Source: an uncultured Candidatus Saccharibacteria bacterium
Lineage (GTDB): Bacteria; Patescibacteriota; CPR2; UBA1875; CAIMLA01
NCBI GenBank assembly: GCA_964501135.1
Contig: CAZCRI010000005.1
Span: 14,771 to 78,770, forward strand
Length of the DNA: 64,000 nt
Direction: 5' to 3'
The position numbers and the translations under genes are program-made. How positions within the stretch are numbered: position 1 is the stretch's first letter; each line of letters starts with the position of its first letter. Below the pieces are notes generated by a model. That model did no database searches. It was not told the origin of the DNA and saw nothing but the letters and a program-made list of their open reading frames with translations. Of the stretch, positions 17,810-28,938 are shown piece after piece.

Positions 17810-18252
17810 CTGATAGCATTTAAAATTATTATTGCTATTAGTGAAATTGAAATTACTCTTGGCATTAGATTTTTGAATGTTTTTAATAGGTTCGGTACCA
17901 ATAAAATTCCTGAGATAATTACGGCAATCATCGCAGCATAAACAACCAATGAACAGCCATAACTACAACCAATGTCTGTAAAACTGCTTTTATATAAAAA
18001 TATTATGTAATGCAGCCCGCTAAGTAACAAAACATTAGCGACAATATTAACGTAGCTGATAACCTTAGCCTCTATCTTACTGGTCAGAACGATAGCCAAA
18101 AAAGCTCCCAGTGCAATCAGCATATATTTTAAAATGGCATTTTGAAAAAAAGAAGACAGCAATAGAACCACTACGATAACTGTTAATACAAATATCACAC
18201 CGACAAGCAGGTCGAGAAAGCTTGCTTTGTTTTTTATTTCTCCCTTAGCCAC
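17794..18252 (-). CDS. hypothetical integral membrane protein (4 TM)
   Basis: 152 aa, strongly hydrophobic; overlaps the end of the large secreted protein gene (operon-like). Confidence 0.4.
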   Translation of the reverse strand: MAKGEIKNKASFLDLLVGVIFVLTVIVVVLLLSSFFQNAILKYMLIALGAFLAIVLTSKIEAKVISYVNIVANVLLLSGLHYIIFLYKSSFTDIGCSYGCSLVVYAAMIAVIISGILLVPNLLKTFKNLMPRVISISLIAIIILNAIRWTYS

Positions 18253-21200
18253 AGAAAATCTCCCTTTATTAAATTATACGCGTGTTCAGGGATTATCTTA
18301 AGCTTTTTATCCATTTCAAGCGCCCTGAGCATATTATCAAGGACCATATTTGACTGTTTAACCAACCCTATGCGCTTGAGCAGTTCAGCGGCTGAAAGCC
18401 TGTTCGAATATTTAATATGCAAACTTATCGGAATCTTCTTTTTTGTTAACAAAGAGAACAAATCCATCTGAGTGCTTGAAAATGTTGAGACTACTCTGAA
18501 TGAAACCATAACGGTCACTTCATTGCCCGCTCTGTCCCTCGACTTAGCTCTTACTTCATAATTACCATTTTTCATCTGAGTCAATTCGATAATCTGGTTC
18601 GCGCAAGGATGGTCTATACCCTCAAAGTTTACAACCGCAGTATCGATTCCAGATATTGAATCAGCGGCAGAACAGAATAGCTTTACTATTTCATAATGCG
18701 TATACTCTGCTTTATTGGTTTTCAAACTAACAATCGGAGGTGATTTATCAATAACAAAACGGCCTGTATTCGTAGGCTCAATATTCCCTGCGTAATCAAC
18801 CGACCTATAATACAATGTACCGTTTCCTTCTTTGGAAATTAAAAAGTCCTCAGAATACGTATTCCAGGTAATACCGTCAAGGCTATACTCTGTACCTCTT
18901 ACACCGCTAATATCATCTTTAGCACTCAGGTGAATAACAACTTCTTTGTTGTAGTAATCTGCTGTCTCAACAGATTGGCTCAAAACTGTAACAGGGGGCG
19001 CTGTATCGACTACCTTCGTATCAATAAGACCCTTATCACTAAGTGTAGCTGTGATTGTTTGTAAACTACCCGACTCAGTAAAACCACTGTATGCGCGTGT
19101 TTCTTCTGTTTTCAGACTTTCATCAATATATGTACTCTCGATTTTGTATCCGCCCGTATCATTTCCCTCCGTAACTATCCGGTAAGCACCGACCTCGGGA
19201 TTAGGAATTACTACAAATTCTGCTGCACTCTCATTACCCGAATAAAAAGCCCCGGATACTTCCTGAAATGTGTCTCCGTTTTTATTGTAGCCAATCCTTT
19301 TTCCGCTTGGTGATTCTACATAAAAATCGACGGGCGAATATGCCTTAATTAGCACATACTTATTAATTGTTTCTGTGATTAGAGGCAGCCCATCAATTTC
19401 TAACTCTTCAAAAATTACCTTGATTGAATTATTTGGGATTTCTCTGTGAGAAACGCCATTTAGTAGAATATTATGGCCACTAATTGCTAACTGACTATTA
19501 TTTGTAACCGTACCATCGCCATGTGCAAAAGTTACACCATCAAAACTATTTGCGGACAAAATATTTTTTGGTATCCCATCCACCCACATAAACGGGTCCC
19601 TACTTTCCACCATGGTGAGTCCAGATAGGGTCGTTACACCTGTTTCCCCATATATATTAGTTACAGCTACACCCCTTTCCTTGATTCTTCCACTTGCGGC
19701 CAGTAGATCTGTTAGGAACAGATTCTGGGGTGGCAGTTTGGGCCCAGAATAATACTCAAAGATTGGAAGGAGCTGACCGACTGATGTTACGCTATGCTGA
19801 ATATACTGCACTATGCCAATATCGCCAAACCTCCCAGTTGCCGCGGCCTCTTCAGCCAAAAATAACCTAAATATTGCTTGAAAAACCAATGAATCACTGC
19901 CACTAACATGTCCACCCTCCCATGTATAATACGAATCCACAGAGCCTAGCTGAGGTGTTCCCAAGAAAAACACCCGATCCACGTCATATTGATAACTATC
20001 CCCCTCCAAATAGACACGTGAAACAATACCCCCCATACTATGCGCGATTATATTAACCTTACTTGAGCCGCTTAAAGCTTTCGCTTCATTAATTTTGCCC
20101 TTTAGCATTACTGCCGTAGTGCGATTATCGTTTCGCCAGTCATATGGAAATCTGAATACCGTCTTATCGGGTTCATACCCAGCATTCACTAAACTAGAAT
20201 ACAAACTATCGTACGTATGAGTGAAGGGATCAAGCTCCCATCGACCAGTAAAAGGAGACCACCAACTTCCCAGAATTCCCGGAACTATGATAATGGGATA
20301 TTTTATAAGGTATTCCGGCTTTGTTGCGATGCCATCGTTCCGCGTAATTCCAGAGGAAGGCGACGCAGAAAACAGAACCCCCTGCGAAATCCTCAACGCC
20401 CCGATAGCCTGAACAGATGAAGCTTGGGTTGTTTTCGTAGGGTCGTTGCCTACAAGCGAGTAGTACGATGTTTCTGGGTCCGCATTTCCCCTGGAACTTA
20501 CGATAAAATTACTCGGGATGTCCGGATTTTGCGCGGATAAATAGGCGTGATTATATTCCAAAGTTACATTTGGGTCTGGGGAACGAAATGCAGACCAAGT
20601 AAACCCACTATCGGTAGAAAATGAAATCCCAGAGTTCAAATGTGTTACCACAAGTGTATTGTTACCGAGAAAGTATAGACCATTTATCCCATTTCTAAAC
20701 TGGATGTCTCTCGAGACTACCGACCAAGACAATCCTCCGTCCACGCTTCGGAATAAGCCATCCCCAGTTCCGGTACGTTGTGCAAACACCTCATTACTAT
20801 TTCCTGGATTTACCGAAATATACGAAACAGTACTGACTGTATTAGGAAGATTTCCACTCTGCCACAATAAACCATCACTAGAGGCATAAACCTGATTACT
20901 ATAGGAGTAATAGATCTTACCGTCATTAGCCGATGTCAAATAATACATACCCGAACCATGATAGCGAGCTAACGAGAATGTTTTGCCACCATCTATCGAA
21001 CGAAGCAAACCACTCGTACAACCCTTCCAATATTCATTTGTCCTTCCTGGATTCTGCAATAATGTATAGCAGATTGATGAACCAGGGGTTGAGGCCGACC
21101 AGGTATTCCCGCCATCCACTGTATAATATCCGTTTTGGCCGTCACCATTACTGTCTACAATAGCTACGATATGTTTATTATCTTCCTTGGCAACTGCAAA

Positions 21201-21323
21201 ATCCTTTACCGTTCTACCAGCAAAACCGATGTTTGACCAATCCGCCGCAAAAGCAACATTCGGCAGAAAAACAAAAAGACCCAACAAACATGTTGCGCCC
21301 AAAATAAACTTCCTCAAGCTCAT
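18234..21323 (-). CDS. large secreted multidomain protein: signal peptide, BNR/Asp-box beta-propeller repeats, alpha/beta-hydrolase lipase/esterase domain, C-terminal Ig-like domains
   Basis: N-terminal signal peptide MSLRKFILGATCLLGLFVFLPNVAFA. Four S-x-D-x-G-x-T-W BNR motifs (TVDGGNTWSAS, SIDGGKTFS, SVDGGLSWS, STDSGFTWSA). Lipase nucleophile elbow IIAHSMGGIVSR (GxSxG). Ig-like segment DDISGVRGTEYSLDGITWNTYS...YYRSVDYAGNIE. 1029 aa. Confidence 0.7.
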   Translation of the reverse strand: MSLRKFILGATCLLGLFVFLPNVAFAADWSNIGFAGRTVKDFAVAKEDNKHIVAIVDSNGDGQNGYYTVDGGNTWSASTPGSSICYTLLQNPGRTNEYWKGCTSGLLRSIDGGKTFSLARYHGSGMYYLTSANDGKIYYSYSNQVYASSDGLLWQSGNLPNTVSTVSYISVNPGNSNEVFAQRTGTGDGLFRSVDGGLSWSVVSRDIQFRNGINGLYFLGNNTLVVTHLNSGISFSTDSGFTWSAFRSPDPNVTLEYNHAYLSAQNPDIPSNFIVSSRGNADPETSYYSLVGNDPTKTTQASSVQAIGALRISQGVLFSASPSSGITRNDGIATKPEYLIKYPIIIVPGILGSWWSPFTGRWELDPFTHTYDSLYSSLVNAGYEPDKTVFRFPYDWRNDNRTTAVMLKGKINEAKALSGSSKVNIIAHSMGGIVSRVYLEGDSYQYDVDRVFFLGTPQLGSVDSYYTWEGGHVSGSDSLVFQAIFRLFLAEEAAATGRFGDIGIVQYIQHSVTSVGQLLPIFEYYSGPKLPPQNLFLTDLLAASGRIKERGVAVTNIYGETGVTTLSGLTMVESRDPFMWVDGIPKNILSANSFDGVTFAHGDGTVTNNSQLAISGHNILLNGVSHREIPNNSIKVIFEELEIDGLPLITETINKYVLIKAYSPVDFYVESPSGKRIGYNKNGDTFQEVSGAFYSGNESAAEFVVIPNPEVGAYRIVTEGNDTGGYKIESTYIDESLKTEETRAYSGFTESGSLQTITATLSDKGLIDTKVVDTAPPVTVLSQSVETADYYNKEVVIHLSAKDDISGVRGTEYSLDGITWNTYSEDFLISKEGNGTLYYRSVDYAGNIEPTNTGRFVIDKSPPIVSLKTNKAEYTHYEIVKLFCSAADSISGIDTAVVNFEGIDHPCANQIIELTQMKNGNYEVRAKSRDRAGNEVTVMVSFRVVSTFSSTQMDLFSLLTKKKIPISLHIKYSNRLSAAELLKRIGLVKQSNMVLDNMLRALEMDKKLKIIPEHAYNLIKGDFLWLREK

Positions 21324-21382
21324 CCCAACCCCTATTTTATGGCTTGATTATGGATTAATCGAAAATTACTGTCAAGTATTTC

Positions 21383-21420
21383 CCTACCATACTATTCTAG
21401 TATTCTATAGAATAGTAGAA
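21383..21420. promoter_or_regulatory. 38-bp imperfect palindrome / repeat-rich operator candidate in divergent promoter region upstream of the ArsR-family gene
   Basis: atactattctagtattctatagaatagtagaatagtat: left arm ATACTATTCTA..., right arm ...TAGAATAGTAT, with internal repeats GAATAGTA x2. Confidence 0.4.
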
Positions 21421-21440
21421 TAGTATGGTACAATACATTT

Positions 21441-21713
21441 ATGGCAAAATCAGAAAAACAATTAGAAAGATATTTTAAAGGGGTTGCTAATCACCACCGT
21501 ATACTTATCTTAAGAACGATTGCAAAGAATGAAAACATTACTTTACAGGGGATAACAGAGATTACTAAACTAGAATTCAAGAATGCTTCTGCTCATACCG
21601 CGAAACTCGTTGCGGCTGGCCTGGTTAATAAAAGATATATGAGTAATTTTGTTGTCCATACCTTGTCTCCCTATGGCAAAAGTATGATAGACGTGCTCGA
21701 CCTCTTTAAATAG
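21441..21713 (+). CDS. ArsR/SmtB-family HTH transcriptional regulator
   Basis: 90 aa; ANHHRILILRTIAKNENITLQGITEITKLEFKNASAHTAKLVAAGLV matches the ArsR wHTH core. Confidence 0.7.
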   Translation: MAKSEKQLERYFKGVANHHRILILRTIAKNENITLQGITEITKLEFKNASAHTAKLVAAGLVNKRYMSNFVVHTLSPYGKSMIDVLDLFK

Positions 21714-21720
21714 CACCTAA

Positions 21721-21766
21721 AACACAACCGCCCCGTATCCTGTAGAGGAAACGGGGCGGTTGTGTT
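21721..21766. terminator. Strong bidirectional hairpin between convergent ArsR-family gene and atpC
   Basis: aacacaaccgccccgt ...14-nt loop... acggggcggttgtgtt (16-bp perfect stem); weak T-tract. Confidence 0.5.
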
Positions 21767-21939
21767 GCATGTTGGTGCGGGATCTAGATGTCGGCGAGGG
21801 TGGCCCAGTCGGTGAGGGAAAATTTTCGTAGCCTGCGACATGCTGCCGACTCAACGTCCGCAATCCTCTCTTCGGAAAATTTGCCTTCTCCAGCCATCAG
21901 ATGTAATTGATATCCACCTAAATTAGGTTCGCCGTTAAT

Positions 21940-22394
21940 TTACTGCTTGAGATCTGAGATATCGGCACCGCGGCGGCGCTTGGTACCAGAGTGCTTGGTG
22001 ATAGAGCGAAGTTGGGTAGTAATGCGAGCCAGCTCTGCCTCGGAAGTTGCAATCAGAGCGTGATCCGTACCTGCACCGGCCTTGGCTTCCTCGACGCGCT
22101 TCTTTGCAGCCATAATTTCTACTTCATTGAGCTCGTGTAGATGCTCGGCGGCATCTGCGAGAATCAGAACTTCGATGCCATCCTTTACATAGACAAAACC
22201 ACCATAAACCACTGCAACCTGCTCTTTGTTCCCCTGTTTGACCACGATATCACCGTGAGAAACCTGAGAAACGAGTGGCTGGTGGTGTGGCAAGATCGCA
22301 ATCTGACCAGTATCGGTAGGCAAGACCACCTCATCAACCATGTCGTCGAGAAGTGTGCGCTCCGGTGAAATAATTGTCAGATGTAATTGTGCCA

Positions 22395-22395
<1 letters not shown>
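21940..22395 (-). CDS. atpC: F1Fo ATP synthase epsilon subunit
   Basis: N-terminus MAQLHLTIISPERTLLDDMVDEVVLPTDTGQIAILPHHQPL typical; last gene of the atp operon; C-terminal basic tail. Confidence 0.85.
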
Positions 22396-23777
<1,382 letters not shown>

Positions 23778-23806
23778 TTATTCTTGTTTATTGATAATTT
23801 GGGTTT

Positions 23807-24652
23807 TTATCCTTCGAGGGTCATCTTGCCTGCCGAAATTTCGGCGATTTCGCGGGTGATACCGGCCTGCCTTGTTTGGTTAAAGGACAAGGTAAGATCA
23901 AATATCAGATCCTCTGCATTCTCGTTGGCGTTCTTCATCGCTACCATACGTGCTGAGTGTTCTGATGCAGCTGACTCTAGAATGTACTGCCAAAGCTGAG
24001 TCTCCATCATGCGTGGTACTATCTGGCTCACGAGCTCGGCTTTGGAAGGATCGAAGATAATGTTATCGCTATCTGTATCGCAATCATTAGTCTCGAAAGG
24101 CAGCAGCTGACTAACACGTGCTTCTTGCGACAGACTAGAAACAAAGTGGGTGTAAACTACCACCACCTGACCATAGTTATCTGCCAAGTATTCCTCAGTA
24201 ATCTGCTGTACTATCGGCTGGATACGCTCGAAGTGCAGTTGGTCGCCAAAAGCGAGATAGCTAGCGATAAGTGAGTGATTGTGATTAATCAGATAATCAC
24301 GACTTTTCTTACCAATAGCGATAAAATCAGTCTCTGAACCCTCGGCTTGTAGAAGCGCCTCCTTGATTACGCGGGTATTTAGGGCGCCGCAGAGACCCCG
24401 ATCTGAAGTAATAACTATTACAAGTTTTTTTGCGCTAGAGCGAGGTGCTAGCAAAGGATGAGTAGCCGAATCAACGCCGTAACAAACCTGGGTAAGTAGG
24501 GTTGTTCCCGCGTCGGTATATTTTCGAGACGACAGGTTCTTCGATACTGCTTTCTGCATCTTTACAACCGAAACAAGCTCCATCGCACTGATGATTTGCT
24601 TCGTATTGCTTACCGAGCGAATTCTGCGTTTTATCTCCTTTGCACCTGCCAA
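23807..24652 (-). CDS. atpG: F1Fo ATP synthase gamma subunit
   Basis: MAGAKEIKRRIRSVSNTKQI N-terminus; 281 aa; positioned between alpha and beta. Confidence 0.9.
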   Translation of the reverse strand: MAGAKEIKRRIRSVSNTKQIISAMELVSVVKMQKAVSKNLSSRKYTDAGTTLLTQVCYGVDSATHPLLAPRSSAKKLVIVITSDRGLCGALNTRVIKEALLQAEGSETDFIAIGKKSRDYLINHNHSLIASYLAFGDQLHFERIQPIVQQITEEYLADNYGQVVVVYTHFVSSLSQEARVSQLLPFETNDCDTDSDNIIFDPSKAELVSQIVPRMMETQLWQYILESAASEHSARMVAMKNANENAEDLIFDLTLSFNQTRQAGITREIAEISAGKMTLEG

Positions 24653-24653
24653 C

Positions 24654-26162
24654 TTACGCTTCCTCTCTCTCCTGGCTTAGCTTCTCGAGGTGTTTCTTGA
24701 GCCCCTTCTCGACAGCATCAGTAAGGTCGAGTTCTTTGGCGAAAATCTTCTGGAATTCCTTATCTTTTGCAATTGCAGCCGAAAGCTCTGTTTCAAAGCT
24801 CTTGATTTCACGAATTGCAACACCGTCTAGAAATCCATTAGTCGCAGCGTAAAGAATAGCAACCTGATCGATAACTGGTCGTGGTAGGTACTGATCCTGC
24901 TTGAGAACCTCTACAATGCGTTTACCACGTTCAATCTGTTTCTTAGTATCCTCATCAAGGTCAGAAGCAAACTGCGAGAAAGACTGAAGTTCGCGGTACT
25001 GAGCCAGCTCCAAACGAAGCTTTCCAGCAACTTTCTTGATTGCCTTCACCTGAGCGGCAGAACCTACACGAGAAACCGAAAGACCTACATTTAACGCTGG
25101 GCGAATCCCCTGATAGAAAAGGTCTGACTCGAGGTAAATCTGTCCATCTGTGATAGAGATCACATTTGTTGGAATGTAGGCAGAAACGTCACCGGCCTGA
25201 GTCTCAATGATTGGCAATGCAGTGATAGAACCGCCGCCAAATTTCTCGTCACGTCGGCAAGCACGCTCCAAAAGGCGTGAATGTAGGTAAAAAACGTCTC
25301 CAGGGTATGCTTCGCGTCCCGGTGGACGTCTCAGCAGCAAAGATATTTCACGATAAGCCCAAGCGTGTTTGGAAAGATCATCATATACAATCAATACATC
25401 TTTGCCTTGGTCCATAAAGTATTCGGCAATCGCAACACCAGAATATGGCGAGATAAAGAGTGATGGTGCTGGATCGGAAGCTGATGCATTCACGATCACA
25501 GTATTCGCCATGGCGCCGTGTTCCTCGAGCTGAGAAACAATACGGGCTACCTTGGAATTCTTTTGGCCGATAGCAACGTAGACACAAATTACTCCAGTAT
25601 CCTTCTGGTTGATAATGGCATCTAGTGCGATGGCTGTCTTTCCTGTTTGGCGATCACCAATGATAAGTTCGCGCTGTCCACGTCCGACTGGGATAACGGC
25701 GTCAATCGCCTTGATACCGGTCTGAAGTGGAACCGTTACCGATTTACGCTCGATAACACCTGGGGCAATCTTCTCTACAGGATAGTTCTTGGTAGCGGTG
25801 AGCTTACCTTTCCCGTCGATTGGATTACCGAGGGAATCGACAACTCGTCCAATAATCTCATCTGAAACTGGGATTTCCAACACCTTACCGGTACAGCGAA
25901 CTTCGTCACCTTCTTTGATAGCTGTCGGATCACCCATGATAACGATACCAACGCTGTCTTCCTCCAGGTTCAAAGCTATACCATAAATGCCACCGGCAAA
26001 CTCTACCATCTCAAAAGACATCACCGCCTGAAGACCAGCTGCCTTAGCAACCCCGTCTCCAACTGAGATAACTTTGCCAATCTTATACGAGCTAACCGAT
26101 GGCTTGTAATCTTTGAGTTGCTCTTCTATTTTTTGAATCAGGATTTCTCTATTACCGTCCAT
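24654..26162 (-). CDS. atpA: F1Fo ATP synthase alpha subunit
   Basis: Walker A GDRQTGKT; 502 aa. Confidence 0.95.
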   Translation of the reverse strand: MDGNREILIQKIEEQLKDYKPSVSSYKIGKVISVGDGVAKAAGLQAVMSFEMVEFAGGIYGIALNLEEDSVGIVIMGDPTAIKEGDEVRCTGKVLEIPVSDEIIGRVVDSLGNPIDGKGKLTATKNYPVEKIAPGVIERKSVTVPLQTGIKAIDAVIPVGRGQRELIIGDRQTGKTAIALDAIINQKDTGVICVYVAIGQKNSKVARIVSQLEEHGAMANTVIVNASASDPAPSLFISPYSGVAIAEYFMDQGKDVLIVYDDLSKHAWAYREISLLLRRPPGREAYPGDVFYLHSRLLERACRRDEKFGGGSITALPIIETQAGDVSAYIPTNVISITDGQIYLESDLFYQGIRPALNVGLSVSRVGSAAQVKAIKKVAGKLRLELAQYRELQSFSQFASDLDEDTKKQIERGKRIVEVLKQDQYLPRPVIDQVAILYAATNGFLDGVAIREIKSFETELSAAIAKDKEFQKIFAKELDLTDAVEKGLKKHLEKLSQEREEA

Positions 26163-26560
26163 TATTTAGCTCCTGGTGTCAGTTTAGTTTGTTTGATGTG
26201 TTCGGCTAACTGCCCAACACGGCTGCGAAGTGTATTGTCGATTACGGTCTCTCCTCGGCGGATAATAACACCACCAAGCAGATCTTCGTTTATAAGGTAA
26301 GTAACCTGAATCTTGCTCTCAAATTTCTTTTCAAAAATAGTCTCGATAAGTTTTTTTTGAACCTTTGTCAGCTCATTTGCGCTTGTCACCGTGACAAAAC
26401 TGTCACGGAACTCGCGTTCCAGCGACATCTTGCGGAGCAACATGTCGGCCTTCTGTGGAAATCTCTCGACAATCTTCTTTGCCAATCGTTCCACGGCAGC
26501 TGGGTCTTCGTCCTCTGTCATGAGTTGCAATATTTGGATAGCATCAAGAGTAACTGACAT
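26162..26560 (-). CDS. atpH: F1Fo ATP synthase delta (OSCP) subunit, short form
   Basis: Operon position; C-terminal [22 protein letters not shown]; 132 aa. Confidence 0.65.
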   Translation of the reverse strand: MSVTLDAIQILQLMTEDEDPAAVERLAKKIVERFPQKADMLLRKMSLEREFRDSFVTVTSANELTKVQKKLIETIFEKKFESKIQVTYLINEDLLGGVIIRRGETVIDNTLRSRVGQLAEHIKQTKLTPGAK

Positions 26561-26561
26561 A

Positions 26562-27065
26562 CTACTTCTTCTCTACAAAGCCCGCTAGAGCCTCATTTAT
26601 CAAAGCGTCGTCATATTTCTTAGTGTCATTCTTGAGCAATGATGTTAGTGAAGACTCTACTAGTTTTGCCACGTCATCCTTGGCGCTCTCGATTATACGT
26701 TCGCGCTCTTTTTGCCCAGTAATCTCGGCGTCAGCAATAATTGTCTTTGCCTTGGTCTCTGCTTCGAAGGTGGCGTTTTTATCAATTTCTTTTGCCTCTA
26801 CCTTTGCGGCGTCAACAATCTTGTCAGCCTCTACTGTCGCTTTGGCGATAAGCTTCTCTTTGTGCTTTTCAATCTCTTCATACTCTTTCTCGATTGCGGC
26901 AGCCTTCTTTAGCGACTCCTCAATCTTCTCAGTACGTGTGTCTAGCATTTTTACAATTGGTTTGTAAAGAAACTTCCAAAGGATCAAAAAAAGCAAAGCG
27001 AAATTTACGCCCTGGGCTATAAGTGCCTGTACGTCAATTCCTAGTTTTGTAAATGCTTCTCCCAT
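26562..27065 (-). CDS. atpF: F1Fo ATP synthase subunit b
   Basis: Single N-terminal TM followed by a long charged coiled-coil; operon position. Confidence 0.8.
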   Translation of the reverse strand: MGEAFTKLGIDVQALIAQGVNFALLFLILWKFLYKPIVKMLDTRTEKIEESLKKAAAIEKEYEEIEKHKEKLIAKATVEADKIVDAAKVEAKEIDKNATFEAETKAKTIIADAEITGQKERERIIESAKDDVAKLVESSLTSLLKNDTKKYDDALINEALAGFVEKK

Positions 27066-27088
27066 TGTGGTTTCCGCCTTTCAGAAGG

Positions 27089-27316
27089 TTAAACGAATTT
27101 GATGATAAGAGCGATAACGAGAGAATACACGGCAATAGCCTCAACAAAAGCACAGGTAAGAATCAGACTTGGCTGAATCTTGTCAGCAGCTTCTGGGTTA
27201 CGACCCATAGCTTCAAGACCTTTACTGGCGATGACTGCGATACCGATAGCTGGTGCGATTGCTCCGAGAGCGATTGTTAGGGCTGGTGCGAGTGATTTTA
27301 CGACTTCTGGTTCCAT
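27089..27316 (-). CDS. atpE: F1Fo ATP synthase subunit c (proton-type)
   Basis: 75-aa hairpin proteolipid, GxGxGxG-like first helix, ion-binding Glu in CAFVEAIAVY; lacks Na+ ligand set (no Gln in TM1, AI instead of S/T-T after Glu). Confidence 0.9.
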   Translation of the reverse strand: MEPEVVKSLAPALTIALGAIAPAIGIAVIASKGLEAMGRNPEAADKIQPSLILTCAFVEAIAVYSLVIALIIKFV

Positions 27317-27364
27317 GTTTTGGGACTCCTTTTATTAATTATTTTACGTTACTAAATATAGGCT

Positions 27365-28108
27365 CTAATGAGCGTCGTGGGAAGCAGCTGCCATCGAGAA
27401 AAAAACGAGAGCTAGCATAGTGAATACGAGAGCTTGGATAAATCCGACAAAAAGCTCCAGAAAATAAAATGGTAACGGAATAATATACGGTGCGATTGCG
27501 CCTAAAACGATGAGTAGTACTTCGCCGGCAAATACGTTACCGAATAGGCGAAAAGCAAATGAGATAATACGAACCAGTTCGGATGCGAGCTCAATAATCC
27601 CTACGAAGAAATTGATCGGATTACTAAAGTTGAAGAACTTCTTGCCGTACTTGAATACGCCGATTGCACCTATACCAAAAACCTGCGTCATAAACACCAC
27701 TACTATGCCGAGCATAATTGTGGTATTGAGGTCAGCAGTGCCGGCTCTCAACAGTGGAACCATGACCGTCTCGTGTTCAACAACCTCATGGAAACCAATA
27801 GTTCCCACCCCCGGGACAAGGCCGAACCAGTTGTTGAACATAATGAAGATGAAGAATGTCGCGATGAGTGGAAAAACCTTGCGTGAGTATGCCTTGTCAT
27901 GAATGACACTATCAGTTAGAGCTACGAGTTTTTCGATGCCCATCTCGGCAATGTTCTGTAAGCCCTTTGGAATTAGGTCCATCTTGCGGGTAGCAAAGAG
28001 AGAAACAATCCAGAGAATGATTAGGACGCACAGGGTTGCCAACATACTATTAGTCAGATGAATTGGTCCGAGCTCAATAACTGGGTTAGCTGCAATAGAG
28101 ATGTGCAT
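27365..28108 (-). CDS. atpB: F1Fo ATP synthase subunit a
   Basis: Conserved Arg in FAFRLFGNVFAGEVLL; 5-6 TM; 247 aa. Confidence 0.9.
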   Translation of the reverse strand: MHISIAANPVIELGPIHLTNSMLATLCVLIILWIVSLFATRKMDLIPKGLQNIAEMGIEKLVALTDSVIHDKAYSRKVFPLIATFFIFIMFNNWFGLVPGVGTIGFHEVVEHETVMVPLLRAGTADLNTTIMLGIVVVFMTQVFGIGAIGVFKYGKKFFNFSNPINFFVGIIELASELVRIISFAFRLFGNVFAGEVLLIVLGAIAPYIIPLPFYFLELFVGFIQALVFTMLALVFFSMAAASHDAH

Positions 28109-28330
28109 TTATTTATCATCCTTTAAGTTATCAATAGTTTTTTTGATTCCAAGAACTGAAGTCACGAGAGAAAGTGCAATACCAGCAAATAGAAACGTGT
28201 GACCGGTGTTGAACTCCTTATCCATCCAAATACCGATAAGGATAAAAACGACCAAAGGAATACTAATACGGAACCCTATTTCTAGAGAATATGCATACAA
28301 ATTAAAATTTTTCTTCTCTTCGTTTGCCAT
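28109..28330 (-). CDS. small 2-TM membrane protein directly upstream of atpB (AtpI/AtpZ-like)
   Basis: 73 aa, two TM helices, immediately precedes atpB. Confidence 0.45.
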   Translation of the reverse strand: MANEEKKNFNLYAYSLEIGFRISIPLVVFILIGIWMDKEFNTGHTFLFAGIALSLVTSVLGIKKTIDNLKDDK

Positions 28331-28409
28331 AATTTTCCATATAAAAATGCGTCATCGTAAGCACTGGTGGCGCACTTTGCGTGTATATTCTATCCTAGTT
28401 CACGCTTAT

Positions 28410-28694
28410 TTACAAGCTTTTGCGCTTGTTTTCGGCCATCGCCTCGCGGGCGGTAACGAGAAGTCCCCAAACCGTAAGGGTAACGGCAAAAATAGCAAAA
28501 CTTATTTTAAAGAATTTATGTAGGTGTAGTGTCCGATCGAGACTATATCCAATAAGCTCAAGTACCACTAGCGGCACGAAAATTCTCCAAGCTAGATTCC
28601 TGTAGGTTATGGGCAAATCGGTTTTTAGTACTTCTTTCATTGCGCTGAATATTGTACCGCGTTTGCTAGCCACATCGCAATATTTTTGTCTCAC
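28410..28694 (-). CDS. small membrane protein, AtpI-like, first ORF of the atp operon
   Basis: 94 aa, 2-3 TM helices, position upstream of atpZ/atpB. Confidence 0.4.
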   Translation of the reverse strand: MRQKYCDVASKRGTIFSAMKEVLKTDLPITYRNLAWRIFVPLVVLELIGYSLDRTLHLHKFFKISFAIFAVTLTVWGLLVTAREAMAENKRKSL

Positions 28695-28806
28695 CCCTCC
28701 CCTGTCATTCCCGCGAATGCGGGGGCCTACTTCCCACGTTGACCAATAATACTTTTTTTGCTATAATTTCCGGGTTATCGTATCTAAATACACAGTAAGT
28801 TTATGT

Positions 28807-28881
28807 TCCCGGGTAGCTCAGTGGTAGAGCAGTTGGCTGTTAACCAATTGGTCGTCGGTTCGAATCCGACCCCGGGAGCCA
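28807..28881 (+). tRNA. tRNA-Asn(GUU)
   Basis: TCCCGGG-TA-GCTC-AGTGGTA-GAGC-A-GTTGG-CTGTTAA-CCAAT-TGGTC-GTCGG-TTCGAAT-CCGAC-CCCGGGA-G-CCA; anticodon GTT; CCA encoded. Confidence 0.9.
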
Positions 28882-28894
28882 AATAGATATATCA

Positions 28895-28926
28895 AAAGAA
28901 GCCTCTAAGGAGGCTTCTTTTATTTA
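28895..28926. terminator. Bidirectional rho-independent terminator shared by tRNA-Asn (+) and the convergent beta-helix membrane protein gene (-)
   Basis: aagaagcctc-taag-gaggcttctt hairpin flanked by A-run upstream and TTTTATTT downstream. Confidence 0.75.
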
Positions 28927-28938
28927 ATCAAAGTCTAT

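Noticed and set aside
26623-26967. Plus-strand 114-aa ORF antisense to atpF
   Set aside because: Low-complexity Ser/Ala-rich translation of the antisense of a coiled-coil gene.
27089-27316. Possibility that the ATP synthase is Na+-coupled
   Set aside because: The c-subunit has the conserved Glu but lacks Gln in helix 1 and the Ser/Thr pair next to Glu; sequence pattern is proton-type.
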